Shown: one piece after another, positions 48,701 through 61,100 of the stretch | How the letters are laid out: each line of letters begins with the position of its first letter | Position numbering within the stretch: the stretch's first letter is position 1 | NCBI GenBank assembly: GCA_950097015.1 | Contig: CATNEN010000039.1 | Location: forward strand, 10,726,001-10,790,000 | Source of the DNA: Macrostomum hystrix | Lineage: Eukaryota > Animalia > Platyhelminthes | DNA length: 64,000 nucleotides | Direction of reading: 5' to 3' | Notes under the pieces: model-generated | What the model saw: the letters and a program-made list of their open reading frames with translations, nothing else | What the model was told of the DNA's origin: nothing | Databases searched by the model: none | Translations under genes and position numbers: made by a program

Positions 48701-51463
48701 ACGCCCTAACCACTAGGCTACAACCTCTTACTTGGCTGTAATATTGCAGTAGCTTACAGTAGCTAGAATACTGAAGAAAGTTCACCTAATCTGCTTTTTA
48801 AATACTATAGGTATCAATCTCTCAAATTTATGGTGTCAATCTCCCAGTGTTATTGGTGTCAATCTCCGGTATAAAGGTATCTATCTTCGGTATAAAAGGG
48901 ATCAATCTCCGGTATATAGGGTATCAATCTCTCAGTGTTAATGACATCAATCTCCTATTGTCGATGGCATCGATCCCCCGGTGTCAATGGTATCAATGCA
49001 CCAATCTCCCAGCCAGCTTAGAGGTTTTCAACAGAAGTGTAAAAGGCAGTTATCTCCCGGTGACTGTTTTAGCCGCAGCCTCAACGCCACGCAGCCGCAG
49101 GAGCGTTTCGTTCGCACCCGGCTCTACTTCACTTCCGAGTCGCACCTGCACTCCGTAATTAACGTACTCAGACACGGCGACCTGGCCAATCAGGCCACCG
49201 ATGAGCAGTGGGCCCGGGCCATAGACTATTGCAACGCGGTCACCGAGCTGAATTACCTCACCCAGATTGTGTTCATGATCTACGAGGACTCGCAGCAGTC
49301 GGCAGACTCAGACAATCGCTATCACGTTGAGCTGCACTTCTCTCCGGGCTGCGTCGCTGCGACACCGTCGTCTGTGGACTTCTCGACGGCGGCTAGTGCG
49401 GCGGCCAACGGCGGCTACCGACCCAGGCGGCACGGGAACAGCGTCTGCGGCGCTGGAATTCGCGGCGACAATACTGCAGCCGAGCTTTGCGCCAGTGTTG
49501 ACCTGTCTGCGAAATCTGCTGGGGACGAGACTGACGCACTGGCGAGCCTGGTTCAGCAGCAGCAGCAGAAGACGTTGGAGCAGGAACAGAAACTAGAGAA
49601 TGAGACGGAACAGAAAAAAGAACCAGTAAATGCACAGGCGCCTGAACAGGTACTGAAACATGAGCACAGTCAGGAGCTGGAGCCAGAGACGAAGGTGGAA
49701 CAGCTGCATCGTCAGAAGCAGGAGCCAGAGACGAAGGTGGAACAGCTGCATCGTCAGAAGCAGGAGCCAGAGACGAAGATGGAACAGCTGCATCGTCAGG
49801 AGCAGGAGCCAGAGACGAAGATGGAACAGCTGCATCGTCAGGAGCAGGAGCCAGAGACGAAGATGGAACAGCTGCATCGTCAGGAGCAGGAGCCAGAGAC
49901 GAAGATGGAACAGCTGCATCGTCAGGAGCAGGAGCCAGAGACGAAGATGGAACAGCTGCATCGTCAGGAGCAGGAGCCAGAGACGAAGATGGAACAGCTG
50001 CATCGTCAGAAGCAGGAGCCAGAGACGAAGGTGGAACAGCTGCATCGTCAGGAGCAGGAGCCAGTATCACAGCCATTGACTGCACAGCCGCCGAAATCTT
50101 CAAAATTTCGCGTGGGTCGTTTCGAGCTTTCGTCCACTAAGAAACTTGCGCTGTGCGACTCGGGTGTCGATACAATGTCTGACTGTGGTGAGCCTATCCT
50201 AATTTTTTAAGTGGCAAATGGGTATCACGTCCGACTTTCGTACTAATGACGGCCAACCACCAAGGCACAGTGCAACAATGCAGAGAGTGTACACTGACGA
50301 TGAGAAAGCCAATGTGCATGGGTGTGCTGAGGTGTTTACGAAACTGGCAGAATAGCCTCCTCTCTGGCAACGGGTCAACTGTCGCTAGGTGGTCATTGAC
50401 TTAAAATTCATTTTTTACTCTACTATTAGTAGCCATGTACATTTTTTCAGAGTCAAGAGACATATTTGATGGCGCCAACCGTGACAGCATGGCTGTACAA
50501 GCCAGACAGCGTCAGAACTCTTGGTCGCATAGGTTTTTGGAATTTCCCGACGTTCAGTCGTCACAACAGCAGGCACAGAAGCAGCAGCAGCAGCAGCAGC
50601 AGCCATTTCAGCCGCTGAGAACCTGTAGTGAGGCATCAAATGAAGATACTTCAGCAGCAGCAGCAGCAGGATGCAGCGCTAGTACATTCCATGCGTCAGC
50701 TGATGTGAAGCGCATGCTGAGGCATATCAGCTCAAAGAGCTTGGTCCTGCCAGCAGGTAATATTTTCTTTTTTTAAGTTGCGTTTCGTGCAACAGACTTT
50801 CAAAATTTTTGTTTTACAAAATGCAGTTTAAATTTTAGAAAAGGCCTATAAAATTAACTAAAAACTTATATTTTATGGAAAACTCGGCAATGTTTGGCAT
50901 CTTTTAGAATAAATGTCTTGAAGAGGAAACATTTTGTCTTCCTTAAACTTTATTTAAGCACAGCTCACTAGGTAAAACAGGTAGACACACTAGCTGCACC
51001 TAAAATATAGTTATCAGCACTTTTTTTCAACATCAACATTTCAGCCGATTCCAAGCAGAACCTGATCTCAACCAGTCTGATTCGCTCCTCGGATCCGGAG
51101 TTTCACAGCAGCTCACTGCACTGCTCAACAATTGGTCATGTTGGTGAGACGCCTGCTGTGGCCGCATCTGCTCATGAGACAGCACCGCAAGGGGATACTG
51201 CGATGGCAGCTCCGATCGCAGATGCCGCTGCTGCTGCTGCTGATTCTGTCGGTACGGAGGCCACCGAGGAAGCAGCGAAGGCTCGGCAGCAGTGCCAGCT
51301 GGTGAACGCGCCCTGCGTGCCTGGAATTTACCCGCTGGAGACGCTGCACAACTCACTGACCCTGCGCCAGGTGGAGCTGTTCCTGCACCGCTTCACCCGG
51401 GTGCGCCAGAGAACACCCGGTGGCAGCAGGCAGGCATCCTGCGCCCACCTGGCTAGCGACTGA
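36777..51463 (+). CDS. PPIP5K: Inositol hexakisphosphate and diphosphoinositol-pentakisphosphate kinase (VIP1/PPIP5K), 9 exons
   Basis: Exons 36777-37109, 37499-37861, 43634-44293, 44605-44813, 45973-46558, 47371-47648, 49073 (or 49079)-50187, 50451-50756, 51045-51463. ATP-grasp kinase motifs ([48 protein letters not shown]), histidine-phosphatase-like [34 protein letters not shown], and C-terminal PLETLHN. Confidence 0.95.
37140..37470. repeat. 26-bp minisatellite TGTCACCCGCCATCCAGTCTGTAGGC in PPIP5K intron 1
   Basis: Visible array. Confidence 0.93.
38278..39525. repeat. 23-bp minisatellite CCTGAACACTCACTGAACTAVAG, first array
   Basis: Visible array in PPIP5K intron 2. Confidence 0.97.
39526..41785. 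repeat. 20-bp minisatellite AGTGTAATCCTCATCTAGCY with higher-order periodicity
   Basis: About 113 units. Variant units recur at 300-bp (39601/39901/40201) and 660-bp (40201/40861, 40381/41041) spacings. Confidence 0.97.
42132..43565. repeat. 23-bp minisatellite CCTGAACACTCACTGAACTAVAG, second array
   Basis: Same unit as 38278-39525. Confidence 0.97.
44316..44472. repeat. 26-bp repeat TCTAAATTTAGAAACATGATTCAGTA (about 6 copies)
   Basis: Visible in PPIP5K intron 3. Confidence 0.9.
44814..45190. repeat. 19-bp minisatellite GTAGCATTGTRGCTGTGTG starting exactly at the splice donor
   Basis: Visible; the first unit begins at the intron GT (44814). Confidence 0.95.
45570..45970 (+). mobile_element. 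CORE-like tRNA SINE (family B) with an alternative 3' tail ending in (AAC/AAT)n
   Basis: B box gggttcgatttcc, then gtgtcctttagcaaggacgcttaactc..ccagctgttgaatgggtacc. Matches 60950-61150 up to ccatggactg, then diverges. Confidence 0.75.
46595..46910 (+). mobile_element. tRNA-derived SINE, family A copy
   Basis: Colinear with 5700-6062 (gcggagagaaggcttgggg..cttgtcgtgcaatt..gggcagaa.tgcctcct..attgcccgcagccctcctgcaa). Confidence 0.82.
48415..48725 (-). mobile_element. CORE-like tRNA SINE (family B), full-length
   Basis: Reverse complement of 60950-61258, with A box (tagcctagtgg) and B box (ggttcgattcc). Confidence 0.85.
49680..50063 (+). repeat. Coding 42-bp minisatellite, 9 x EPETK(M/V)EQLHRQ(E/K)Q, in PPIP5K exon 7
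   Basis: In-frame repeat within ORF 48981..50210. Confidence 0.92.
50250..50400 (+). mobile_element. Degenerate partial SINE family A copy
   Basis: agtgtacactgacgatgag..cgaaactggcagaatagcctcctctctggcaacgggtc matches the family A body. Confidence 0.6.
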
Positions 51464-51724
51464 AGCTTTGCCTGGTGCACGGCCAGTGGAGGATTAGCAT
51501 TAGTTTGCATAATTTGCACCTTCCAGTTCATTCGAATGAGATAAAGAACTTCGCTGTTTTTAGTCTCGTCTGTGAAATTGCTTTCGATTGCCTAATTTGC
51601 CAGCATTGTTTTGTCAAGTCAGCTTGTTTTTAGCCCAGAAAAGGTTTTCTTACTTCTGATTTGTGAGTCTCATTTGGTCAAGTTGTGCTGTCGCAAAAAG
51701 TACCGCGTCTTTTCCTTCCGTCTT

Positions 51725-52350
51725 TTCCCTCTCTCTTCCACAAGATCCCCTCTCTCTTCCGCAAGATCCACTCTCTCTTCCGCAAGATCCCCTCTCTCTT
51801 CCACAAGATCCCCTCTCTCTTCCACAAGATCCCCTCTCTTCCACAAGATCCCCTCTCTCTTCCACAAAATCCCCTCTCTCCGTATGATCCCCTCTCTCTT
51901 CCACAAGATCCCCTCTCTCTTCCACAAGATCCACTCTCTCTTCCACAAGATCCCCTCTCTTCCACAAGATCCCCTCTCTCTTCCACAAGATCCCCTCTCT
52001 CTTCCACAAGATCCCCTCTCTCTTCCACAAGATCCACTCTCTCTTCCACAAGATCCCCTCTCTCTTCCACAAGATCCCCTCTCTCTTCCACAAGATCCCC
52101 TCTCTCTTCCACAAGATCCCCTCTCTCTTCCACAAGATCCCCTCTCTCCGTAAGATCTCCTCTCTCTTCCACAAGATCCCCTCTCTCTTCCACAAGATCC
52201 CCTCTCTCTTCCACCAGATCCCCTCTCTCTTCCACAAGATCCCCTCTCTCCGTAAGATCTCTCTCTCTTCCACAAGATCCCCTCTCTCTTCCACAAGATC
52301 CCCTCTCTCCGTAAGATCCCCTCTCTCTTCCACAAAATCCCCTCTCTCTC
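51725..52350. repeat. 21-bp minisatellite CTCTCTCTTCCACAAGATCCC downstream of PPIP5K
   Basis: Visible array. Confidence 0.96.
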
Positions 52351-53087
52351 AGTTGCTGTCATGTCTCTATCTCATACTATCTCACCTGTCTCGTTTTATG
52401 TCCAAACTAATATATTTCATTCATATGTGTGAATTCAGCTTCAAGCTCTCTTTTTTATATCAAATATTTTGACGAGCATTTTCTCACGAAACGAACAACG
52501 CTCATCATTTTGTTTAAATCGCATCAAAGTATTTTTGCTTATTCAACTTTTTTACCAGTTTCACCCATATTTGATAAGCGATTAGTCGTTCTGCTAGACA
52601 AATCAAGCTATCAAATCCATTCGTGTGTTAACTCAAGGTTGATTTTTTGCTGATCGTAGCCGTGGTTCGTGTTTTTATCGACCAATTGGTTGACGCACGA
52701 GTTGTCTGTTTTGAGCATGTGTTTTACATTTCCGCGAAGCAATCTGGCTTTTACATTTTTTGCAGAGAAACAACACATTTTTCATGCGAATCTATGCATG
52801 ATTCGCATTGTAGCCGATTCTAAGTTTTTCAAAAATATTTATCGGTTAATTTTACGCAATCTCTTAATACTTACAGTTCGCAAGCAATACTATACACGCA
52901 GATTTTACAAGCGATAAGTTAATAACAGTAAAATACATTCGCTATTGGAGACGAGATTTAAAAGACCTGTTTCAAACTTATTACTCGTAATTCATTTGTT
53001 TCTCTCAAGCATACACTTTTGACTTCTTTGGAAAATAGGCCTTCAAATTTAAACGGCCATCCTGCACGTCTTGTATTAGGATTGCGA

Positions 53088-53407
53088 AGTTTGCCCCAGC
53101 CGACGTTTGCCAGCCGACGTTTGCCAGCCGACGTTTGCCAGCCGACGTTTGCCAGCTGACGTTTGTCAGCCGACGTTTGCCAGCCGACGTTTGCCAGCCG
53201 ACGTTTGCCAGCCGACGTTTGCCAGCCGAGGCTTGCCAGCTGACGTTTGCCAGCCGACGTTTGTCAGCCGACGTTTGCCAGCTGACGTTTGCCAGCCGAC
53301 GTTTGCCAGCCGACGTTTGCCAGCCGACGTTTGCCAGCCGAGGCTTGCCAGCCGAGGCTTGCCAGCTGACGTTTGCCAGCCGACGTTTACCAGCCGAGGT
53401 TTGCCAG
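53088..53407. repeat. 14-bp minisatellite GTTTGCCAGCCGAC
   Basis: Visible array. Confidence 0.95.
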
Positions 53408-54128
53408 GCGGCATGGATGGCATTTCAATTTCAGTTTCAGTTCCAGAACTGACATTTGAACTCGTGCCAAAAACGCAATTTTTGAACTATATTTTCGAGG
53501 TATTTTATGACTTCAAGCGCAGTTAGATTAAGCACTGCGCAACCAGTCAGTCTGGTCCCATGTCTGGTTAATTTATTTTTAAGTCTGACTAACTCAAAAG
53601 TCTCACTTGCATCGAAGATTCAGAGGCTGCATCTAAATGTGCCTTCATCCTCTGAGGTACTAAGTTGTATTCTCATATCCAAAACGGAAGAGTTTCGCGT
53701 GAATTCTAAATCGTGATTACCTAACTGTACGAGTACATGCATGCGATACATGCTGACAAACGTCCCGCTGGCAAACCTTGTAGACCCAATTGTATGCTAT
53801 TTTTAGATACGTTTGCAAGGGAATCCCTTGTTCTAAACTAATCTTGCGAGCTAAAATCGTGCGCGAGACTTGACCACACACTATGAAACTTAGATTGTCA
53901 TCGCTGTGTCTTCGGGGGGAGATGGGTTTCAAGTGCACGACCAGCCCCAAGTCTTCTCAATGCGGCTGCGTCCAAAATGCACGTGACCTGCCGCAGATTT
54001 GAGCTCACGGACTTAACACCTTATTGTCGAAGGTGTTACCCGCCACCTTCAATTTTAGGAAATTCGAGACAGTTTTTTGCTCTTGTATAGGTTGCATTAG
54101 ACCTCTGCTCAGAAAAGTTGCAAATACA

Positions 54129-57100
54129 TTAAGCTGCTGATTCAGCCCGAGTACAACACTCAATGGCTGTCGTCAGCAGCTCCTGGCATCGAGGATCGTC
54201 ACCGAAACTCATTGGCGACAATGAATTTGTTAGAAAGGCCACGCTCAACTGTCGGTCCACATCGCAGTACATGAACTGGCCGCCGTAGCCAACGCAGCCG
54301 AGCAGCCAGGGGGAGCTCGGCAGAGACTCAACCTGCAAAGGAATCGTTCCTAGGCCGATGGCGACCCGACAGCCGCAGTTGCGATTCTCATCCGGCATCG
54401 GCGCCATTGGTTGGCACAGCAGCCTGACGCAGCCTTCGTCTGGCACTATCTTTCCGGCGCAGAGGAGCGAAAGCAAGCGAGCGAATGCCTCCGAAGTGCC
54501 GACGGCGCCTCCGACGGTGGAAGGCAAATCAGATCGACCCAACGCTCCGCGACAGGCGTCTTTTGCCCGACGTCGAGTCTCGTTTGTAAGTCGCAATCTT
54601 CGAAGGAATCCAATCGAACCGAGCGCCGATAGCAGCAGGCGGCGCATGCTGGGCCAGTACTCGGGCCGGGTCACGCAGTGCCAGAGCAGCACCCAGCTGG
54701 GCGATGGTCGAGCGAGTACGCGCTGAGTTTTTGTTGCTGCTTCTGTCGAAGGTGATACTGCCGATGACAAAGCTGGTTCTGGATCAGCGCCGATGCGGAT
54801 GTGCAGACCATGCGGCTCCGCAATCTCCTCACGAAAGTAATCCGCCAAGCGCCTGTTTGTTTGAGCACGTGTTCTCTGGTTTATAATGTATAACAGCTAA
54901 TTGTAGTTCTAGATTTCAATGGTTACTAGGCCAGCTTGTAGCCCACAAGTAGCATCGAAGCTAGGGTATTAGCGACATCAGAGCGGCTAAAGCGTTTGCC
55001 TCTTGCAAATTAGAGCTAGATTGTGAATCCCTGCGTACGGTATCTGTGTACGTGTGTGCTCAGAGGTCAGCGGAATGAGCAGAATTGCCTGCTCGCTGGC
55101 TACGGGTTTGTACATGTGTATGTATTGTGTGTAGTAACCTATGCCAAATCAATATGATTTATATGTCATACGCTAAGAGTCAGATTGAATAAAGAAAGGA
55201 AGGTTAATAACCAGATTGAAGCAAGAGATAAAATCCAAAATAAGAAATGAAATTCCAGAGTGAGTTCTGTACGTGCGTGGAGACTGGGCAATTTTTATCC
55301 ATTGGGAGCCTAATTAAAGGACTGAATAGATTGCCAATGGTTAGAGGAGAATAATTGCAGTGTCTTGCCGCTCGGACACAGTCAATATACGCTACCTAGA
55401 GATTTGTTTCAGGCAGTTTGCACAAGTACATATAAATCATATTGATTTGGCATAGGTGACTACAATACATACACATATACATATATATTTGAGACAGAGA
55501 TTTTAGAATTAAGAAAGAGGCCTCCCACATGATTTATATTTCTGTTGGCTATACTGAACTAACCGCGAATAGAATTGGATCTGTTGCGAACTGTTTTCTG
55601 TGCGTTAGTAAGCGACACACCTTCCCTTCGGATCGACTCGCTGCAGCAGAGCATCGGCGTACAGTCCCCAGGTCCAGTGGTGAAACACTCGCGGACCGCA
55701 GCTCCTGACCGGCTCGAGCGGCGCCTGAGCGGCCAGCGTCGCATTGACGTCGTCCTGCGGCCGGCCCCGGATCAGCTGAGTCGAGGCGTCGATCGGCGTG
55801 TCGAGACCAGCCAAACCCGCCGATTGGCACAGCAGCTGGCGTACAGTGATTTCTGACTTGCCGTTGGCCGCGAACTCAGCCCAGTAACGCGACACTGGCT
55901 GGTCGTAGTCCAAGAAACCCTTTGAATGAAGTTTTAAAAATCACTCATATGCTTTGATCAGAAGGGAGCTTGTCTCCTTTGCCTGTGAAAGCGACGCGCA
56001 ATAGTAGCGGCTGTGCCACCTGGCTAAGCGTAATTGTTGACTAAATCTACTGAAAAGTGCACATGTTGAAAGGCGCCAGGGGCTGTCGATTCATACTAAA
56101 ATTGCTAACAAAGAAGCATTTAGCCAATATCTAATTGTCAATGTTTAGCATCCGAATTCGTCCATTGTGAGCCATGTGAGCCAAACGTTACGTGTTTCGA
56201 AGTGAGTGACATTAAATAAAGAAAGAGCACAGGGGATATTCAACCAATCGCCATGCAAATCCAGAACAGGGGCTCCAACTATCAGAAACAAAGTTTCATC
56301 ATGCAACCATGTTTTTTGTTATTGTTAGCTACGTATATTGTATTGATTGTACCGTTAATTATTATATTATTGAACCATTTACATATCCTTGTCACTAGGG
56401 TCTTCGACCGTTAACCGTTAACCGTTAACCGTTAACCGTTAAATATCGCGAGGATGCTGACATCGGTTTTGAAAGTTACTTCATCGCAAAGGGCGCAAAA
56501 TTTGATCTATAATGTGGACTTTTGATGAAAATCGGTCATTTGGTTTGGGAGCTATTGATAAGTAAGGCAGTGGATTTTTAATATACCCTTGTGGTATTTC
56601 CCCAGGGGGAAATAGCCTTGTCTTTCTAAACTTTCAAAGGCCTCAAAAAGAAAAGTACACAGCTCTCCAATCTCATCCGTGGATTTTCTTTCGACTCTTA
56701 GCGTGGAATAAGATTGGGCCATCTAGGAGAAATCCTTAAAAAACACAAATGTGAGAGCAAGTTGTACTATAGGTTTCAGACTAACACGCATTTTCTACGA
56801 GTACTTCACTAGTTCTTGTGTATAGCATACGATGCAAATATTTACCTGGGCAGCCAGTCGACCTAGGCAGATACCTGCTAGACAATTGGCACTGGAATAA
56901 GCGTTGGCTTCAGTCCATCGATCCCATTCCACACCAGTGTAGGGGTCTGCCAGCCCGAACCAGACATCCGCCACCAGTTGACCGCGATGGAACACAGCCA
57001 GGCAGCTGCCGCACGAGCCGACGGTCTCGTAGCGCCTGCAGGTGGCTTCGTAGGCTTCTCGCAGTGGTCTAAAGGCCCTACTAGTGAAGCCGTGCGAGCC

Positions 57101-57187
57101 AACCGACCGCTGGTGCCTGCGACGCATGGCCTGATCGTAGATGTAGACCAGGAATAGCAAGAGAAGAACAGATATGGACAGCAGCAT
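54129..57187 (-). CDS. Beta-lactamase/serine-hydrolase-fold protein with an N-terminal hydrophobic anchor, about 454 aa, catalytic motifs degenerate
   Basis: Exons 57187-56846, 55919-55621, 54852-54129 (1365 nt, in phase). Family-typical segments: AVFHRGQLVADVWFGLAD, LDYDQPVSRYWAEFAANGKSEITVRQLL..AGL, RVDPKGRRLADYFREEIAEP, GYGGQ...D....LSVAFLTN. Confidence 0.88.
54970..55108 (+). mobile_element. Internally deleted, 3'-truncated SINE family A copy
   Basis: cagagcggctaaagcgtttgcctc...ctgcgtacggtatctgtgtacgtgtgtgctcagaggtcagcgg..agaattgcctgctcgctggc. Confidence 0.7.
55110..55480. mobile_element. MITE-like element with about 53-bp terminal inverted repeats
   Basis: 55110-55166 is the near-perfect reverse complement of 55428-55480. 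Confidence 0.7.
56408..56441. repeat. (ACCGTTA)5 microsatellite
   Basis: Visible. Confidence 0.85.
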
Positions 57188-58189
57188 GGCTTCGAGCTTG
57201 TCTGTTGCTACTGCTAATTGTTTTGAATAAAAAAAACTAACAGTTCTGAACTAATTTGAAGAGGCAGCAATTAAGCACACCTTCATAAATGTTTTTCAAT
57301 TTGCTATAAATGAATGAGCGAGTTTGACTCATGAGCATGCATGCTTGAAAGCATTTTCTCCACTGCATAGAATATATACTGACAAAATTGCATTTCTTTT
57401 GCAGCAGTTACAGAAAAATTTGCTCTGTCATGCTTCGACAGACACAGGGGTGTACGTACGTACTGACTTCTTAAAGTTTTTTATTGCTGCTCATTGATCA
57501 GCTCTTCACTCCGGCATCTCTATACCCCCATTCTCGCTTATCTACTGCATGCTCGTTTGACGAAATATATATGTGAAATGTGATTGTACTTGCTTGAAAC
57601 TGCCATGACATATTTTATGACGGATTGTGTCCGTTCATTTTTTATTAACTTTTTGGTTATTTATTAGCGCAAAAAATATTGTGATTTGATTTTTTAGCAC
57701 AAACACGCGTTGCAGTTGTGCAATAGAGTTATAAGAATTAAATTAATAACTACTTTAGAACTAATCGGGCATCGAAAAAGAAGTCCATTTGAGAACCGAT
57801 ATTCAAAATTATAATACTATGACAAAGCATGACTCACCGTAGAAGCTAAAATGCGATGCAGAAGTAAGTGTTAACTTTTCTTTAAGTATATATAGTTCCC
57901 GTTTTTTATAAATAAAGCTTCTAAAAATTACCTACCAAAACGGTTATCTTGAAAAGTTTTGTTAAAGTAAGGAAGTTTTTCATGCGTAAATCTAAAGTTC
58001 AAAATTAGAGGAAAAACTGACACATTTAGATAGCGCGCTTAGTTAACACTTGGCACAAAGGCTAGTTCACTAAACATTGCCGCTGGTATTTTACGTCTTA
58101 ATTTTGTGCTTAAGAAAATAACGATTTTGTTAGCTAATTGGATTTTTGCAGATTGTTACAGACAACTATAATACTATATATCAGAAATT

Positions 58190-61100
58190 ATGACCTCTAT
58201 TCCACGCTTCAATGTGTCAGCAAGGTATAGAAAAGATGGTAAGTAATACAAAGTACTATAGTAGGCTTAATAGTTTGCTCTAAATACATTAGGTAAAATA
58301 CAAAATTAAAATAATTCATCAAGTCAATTAGACGTACTGCTGACAATAGGCTTAGGAATAGAACTAAAGTCAAGAACAAGAAAAACAATCAACAAACCTC
58401 TAGGTTCATACGTTTAATTTAAATGTCTTTTACAATGACTAGGCCCCTACGGCTTTTGTTTACAACTTCTTTATAAAAAATATAAACAACCACTATAAAG
58501 CAACAAACCAGATCATTAGATGTCATAAATAAACATAGTAGGGCCTACTGAGTTGTGACAGGTCTATGTAAAACTGGAAACTGAATGCAATGAACCCCAA
58601 TGGACAACAGAGGGACTGAAGCAGTAGTTTTTTATATTATATTTCATTTTCTAACTAAAAAAGCTGCTGATATCTGCCTGATATTCTGAAATCTAAGTAG
58701 TGAATAAACATAGGCTAGGCATATATTGTAGTTTCTTGTTTTAAATTATTTTGACCCCAAATTGTAAGCAAACAAAGGCAAGTTTATTGAAGCAGTAAAA
58801 CAGGCCAAAATCACTTGAGAAACAGTATTACACAACATAGTAATGGGTCAGCCAATAAACAGGTTCATACAAATAGGCCTACTATTGAAGGCATCTAGGC
58901 ACATATGAAGGCAAAGTTCCATAGGCCTAGTCATAGCCTAAGCACCAATGACAACATTTTTTACTCCAACCTAAGTGGGTTCCTTTGGCACCAACTCTAC
59001 CCAGTAAATAGTTTTTGCATTTTTCTGTATTGGCTATCCCATTACTATACTTTGAAATACTATTTCTCTAGCATTAAAAACAAAGCTAAAGGAAAAAAGA
59101 TACAAAAAATATTGACACTGAGTTGATCAAATTACCCTTTTATATCTTATTACTGCCATATACTTTACTTCATTCAAAAGTAGGCCTAAGCTAAAATATT
59201 ATATAAAAAAGAGAGAGACACAAATTTTAACTGTCTATAGCTTGTTTTTCTATAGTTTCTATAATTTCTATTGTTTTGAATGATAAATAAATACAGTTTA
59301 ATTTGTTTAAATTAGTTATAAATTCATCTTTTTTAAATTAAGTTTAATTTCAACAAATAAGCCTATCAACTAGAATTCAGCAGTGCTCTTAAAGTCATAG
59401 GGTGATGTATCATCAACCAAACAAGAATGTGTATTTTTTTAACTTCAAACCTAAGCTACAGATTTTATATTTAAGATATGATGATAAATCAAAAGCCAAG
59501 TTATAGAAAACAGTTAAATCTTTCTAAAAAGTATCTGCTTTTGCTATTTTGTCAAATAGAAAAAAGTTATTCCTGCCTTTTATCTAAAATCAAACAATGA
59601 TTTTCATGTATCTTCAAACCAAACAGAGAATTTGATGTTTGGTTTTACAATTTGAGTGAGTGATTTAATCTTATTTTAGGGAGTGAACTATCATGAATTA
59701 TGTCATTTGAAAACATTTTTCATGTTCTATAAATAACTACATTTATGGTCACTTAATTGGCAAGCAACCATATACAATCTTTGTCTAAAGTACATACAGA
59801 AAAAAAGTTGTTAAAAAGTATGCTTTTGCAATAAAAAATTCTACTGAAACATCAATATCTTTCTTTCTTCTTAATGCTTCATTGCACATCATGCCTCAGC
59901 TTGGATATAATTTCTTCAACTTTCAAATTAGTTTTCTGTGAAACACAATAGCTTGTTTCTGTCTTGCACAAGACCAAGGAAGGAGTCAAAATTATTGTTT
60001 GGTTTTGAAGATACACTGTTTGGTTGATGATACATTACCCTATTATATTTTTTGTGTCCTTTGTCCCAATATAGTCCCTTGTGTGTGTTCCTATTGTTGT
60101 CCATTGTGGTCTCTTATTGATTGTGGTCAATTTCAGAGTTTACATGAAATTCCTAGTGACAATGTGCTATCTAGAAAAGAATATTGCCAAAAGTAAGATT
60201 ATAAGAATAATATTCTTTTTCCTCCTAGTCTGCCTACACTTTCTCTTCTTTGTTTCTCTTTGGTTTTGGCCAGATATACTGGCACATCATAAAAAAACAA
60301 AAGCCTACTTGAGTTGAGCTAAAATTTACTTGTGGTAGCAAAGTAATCTTGAAACTAAAACATGGGCCAAGTATGTATGTACAAGTAATATAATGAACAT
60401 TAAGGCTGGTTTACTTGTTGGGTAGGCCTAAGCCAGGCAATTCAGTAATATTGTTTTTAGTAATTCAGTAATAAGAAAAGACACTAAAGCTATTGTGCCA
60501 GGTGTTGTTGGTGGACCTACAGTCCAGTCCTTTTCTGGAAAACCTATGAGGTGTAGAGTTGCTTGCCTGGTGGCCATTAGGTATTGGATAAGCTGGCAGA
60601 TTTTCTCACACCTACAAACATTAGAAAGATATTGGTTTGGGCCAAGGTAGGTGTGTATATCCGAAGTAAAGGTAAGGACTGTTATAAACAAAATGTTCTC
60701 ATTCTCTACATGGGACAGGCACAAAATGGCTATGGCCTTAGAGAAACATGTCAAACTCTCCCTTCAATTCTGCTTTCTGTAAAGAGGTGGTTTCATAGAT
60801 ATTCATGTGGCTCTCAATTATAAATAAAGCATTATAAAAGCCTTCATTTAGGCCTAAGACCCCTGGTATTGGACCATTGGTGTTAATCATTGATTTGTTG
60901 TGATCCACAAAATGGAGTCAATGGTTCATGGTTGGTTTTCAAAAGAAGTAGTAGCCTAGTGGTTAGGGCATTGGACTCATGACTTGAAGGTCAGGGCTTC
61001 GATTCCAGACTCCACTGAAACTATTTGTGTCCTTTAGCAAGACACTTGACTCTACAGTGCTTCAGTTCACCCAGCTGTTAAATGGGTACCACCAACATTA

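Noticed and set aside
60950-61015. tRNA genes at SINE heads (also near 5700, 48660-48725, and remnants near 16635 and 20862)
   Set aside because: A/B boxes are present, but I could not build a full cloverleaf. The larger copies continue into a SINE body.
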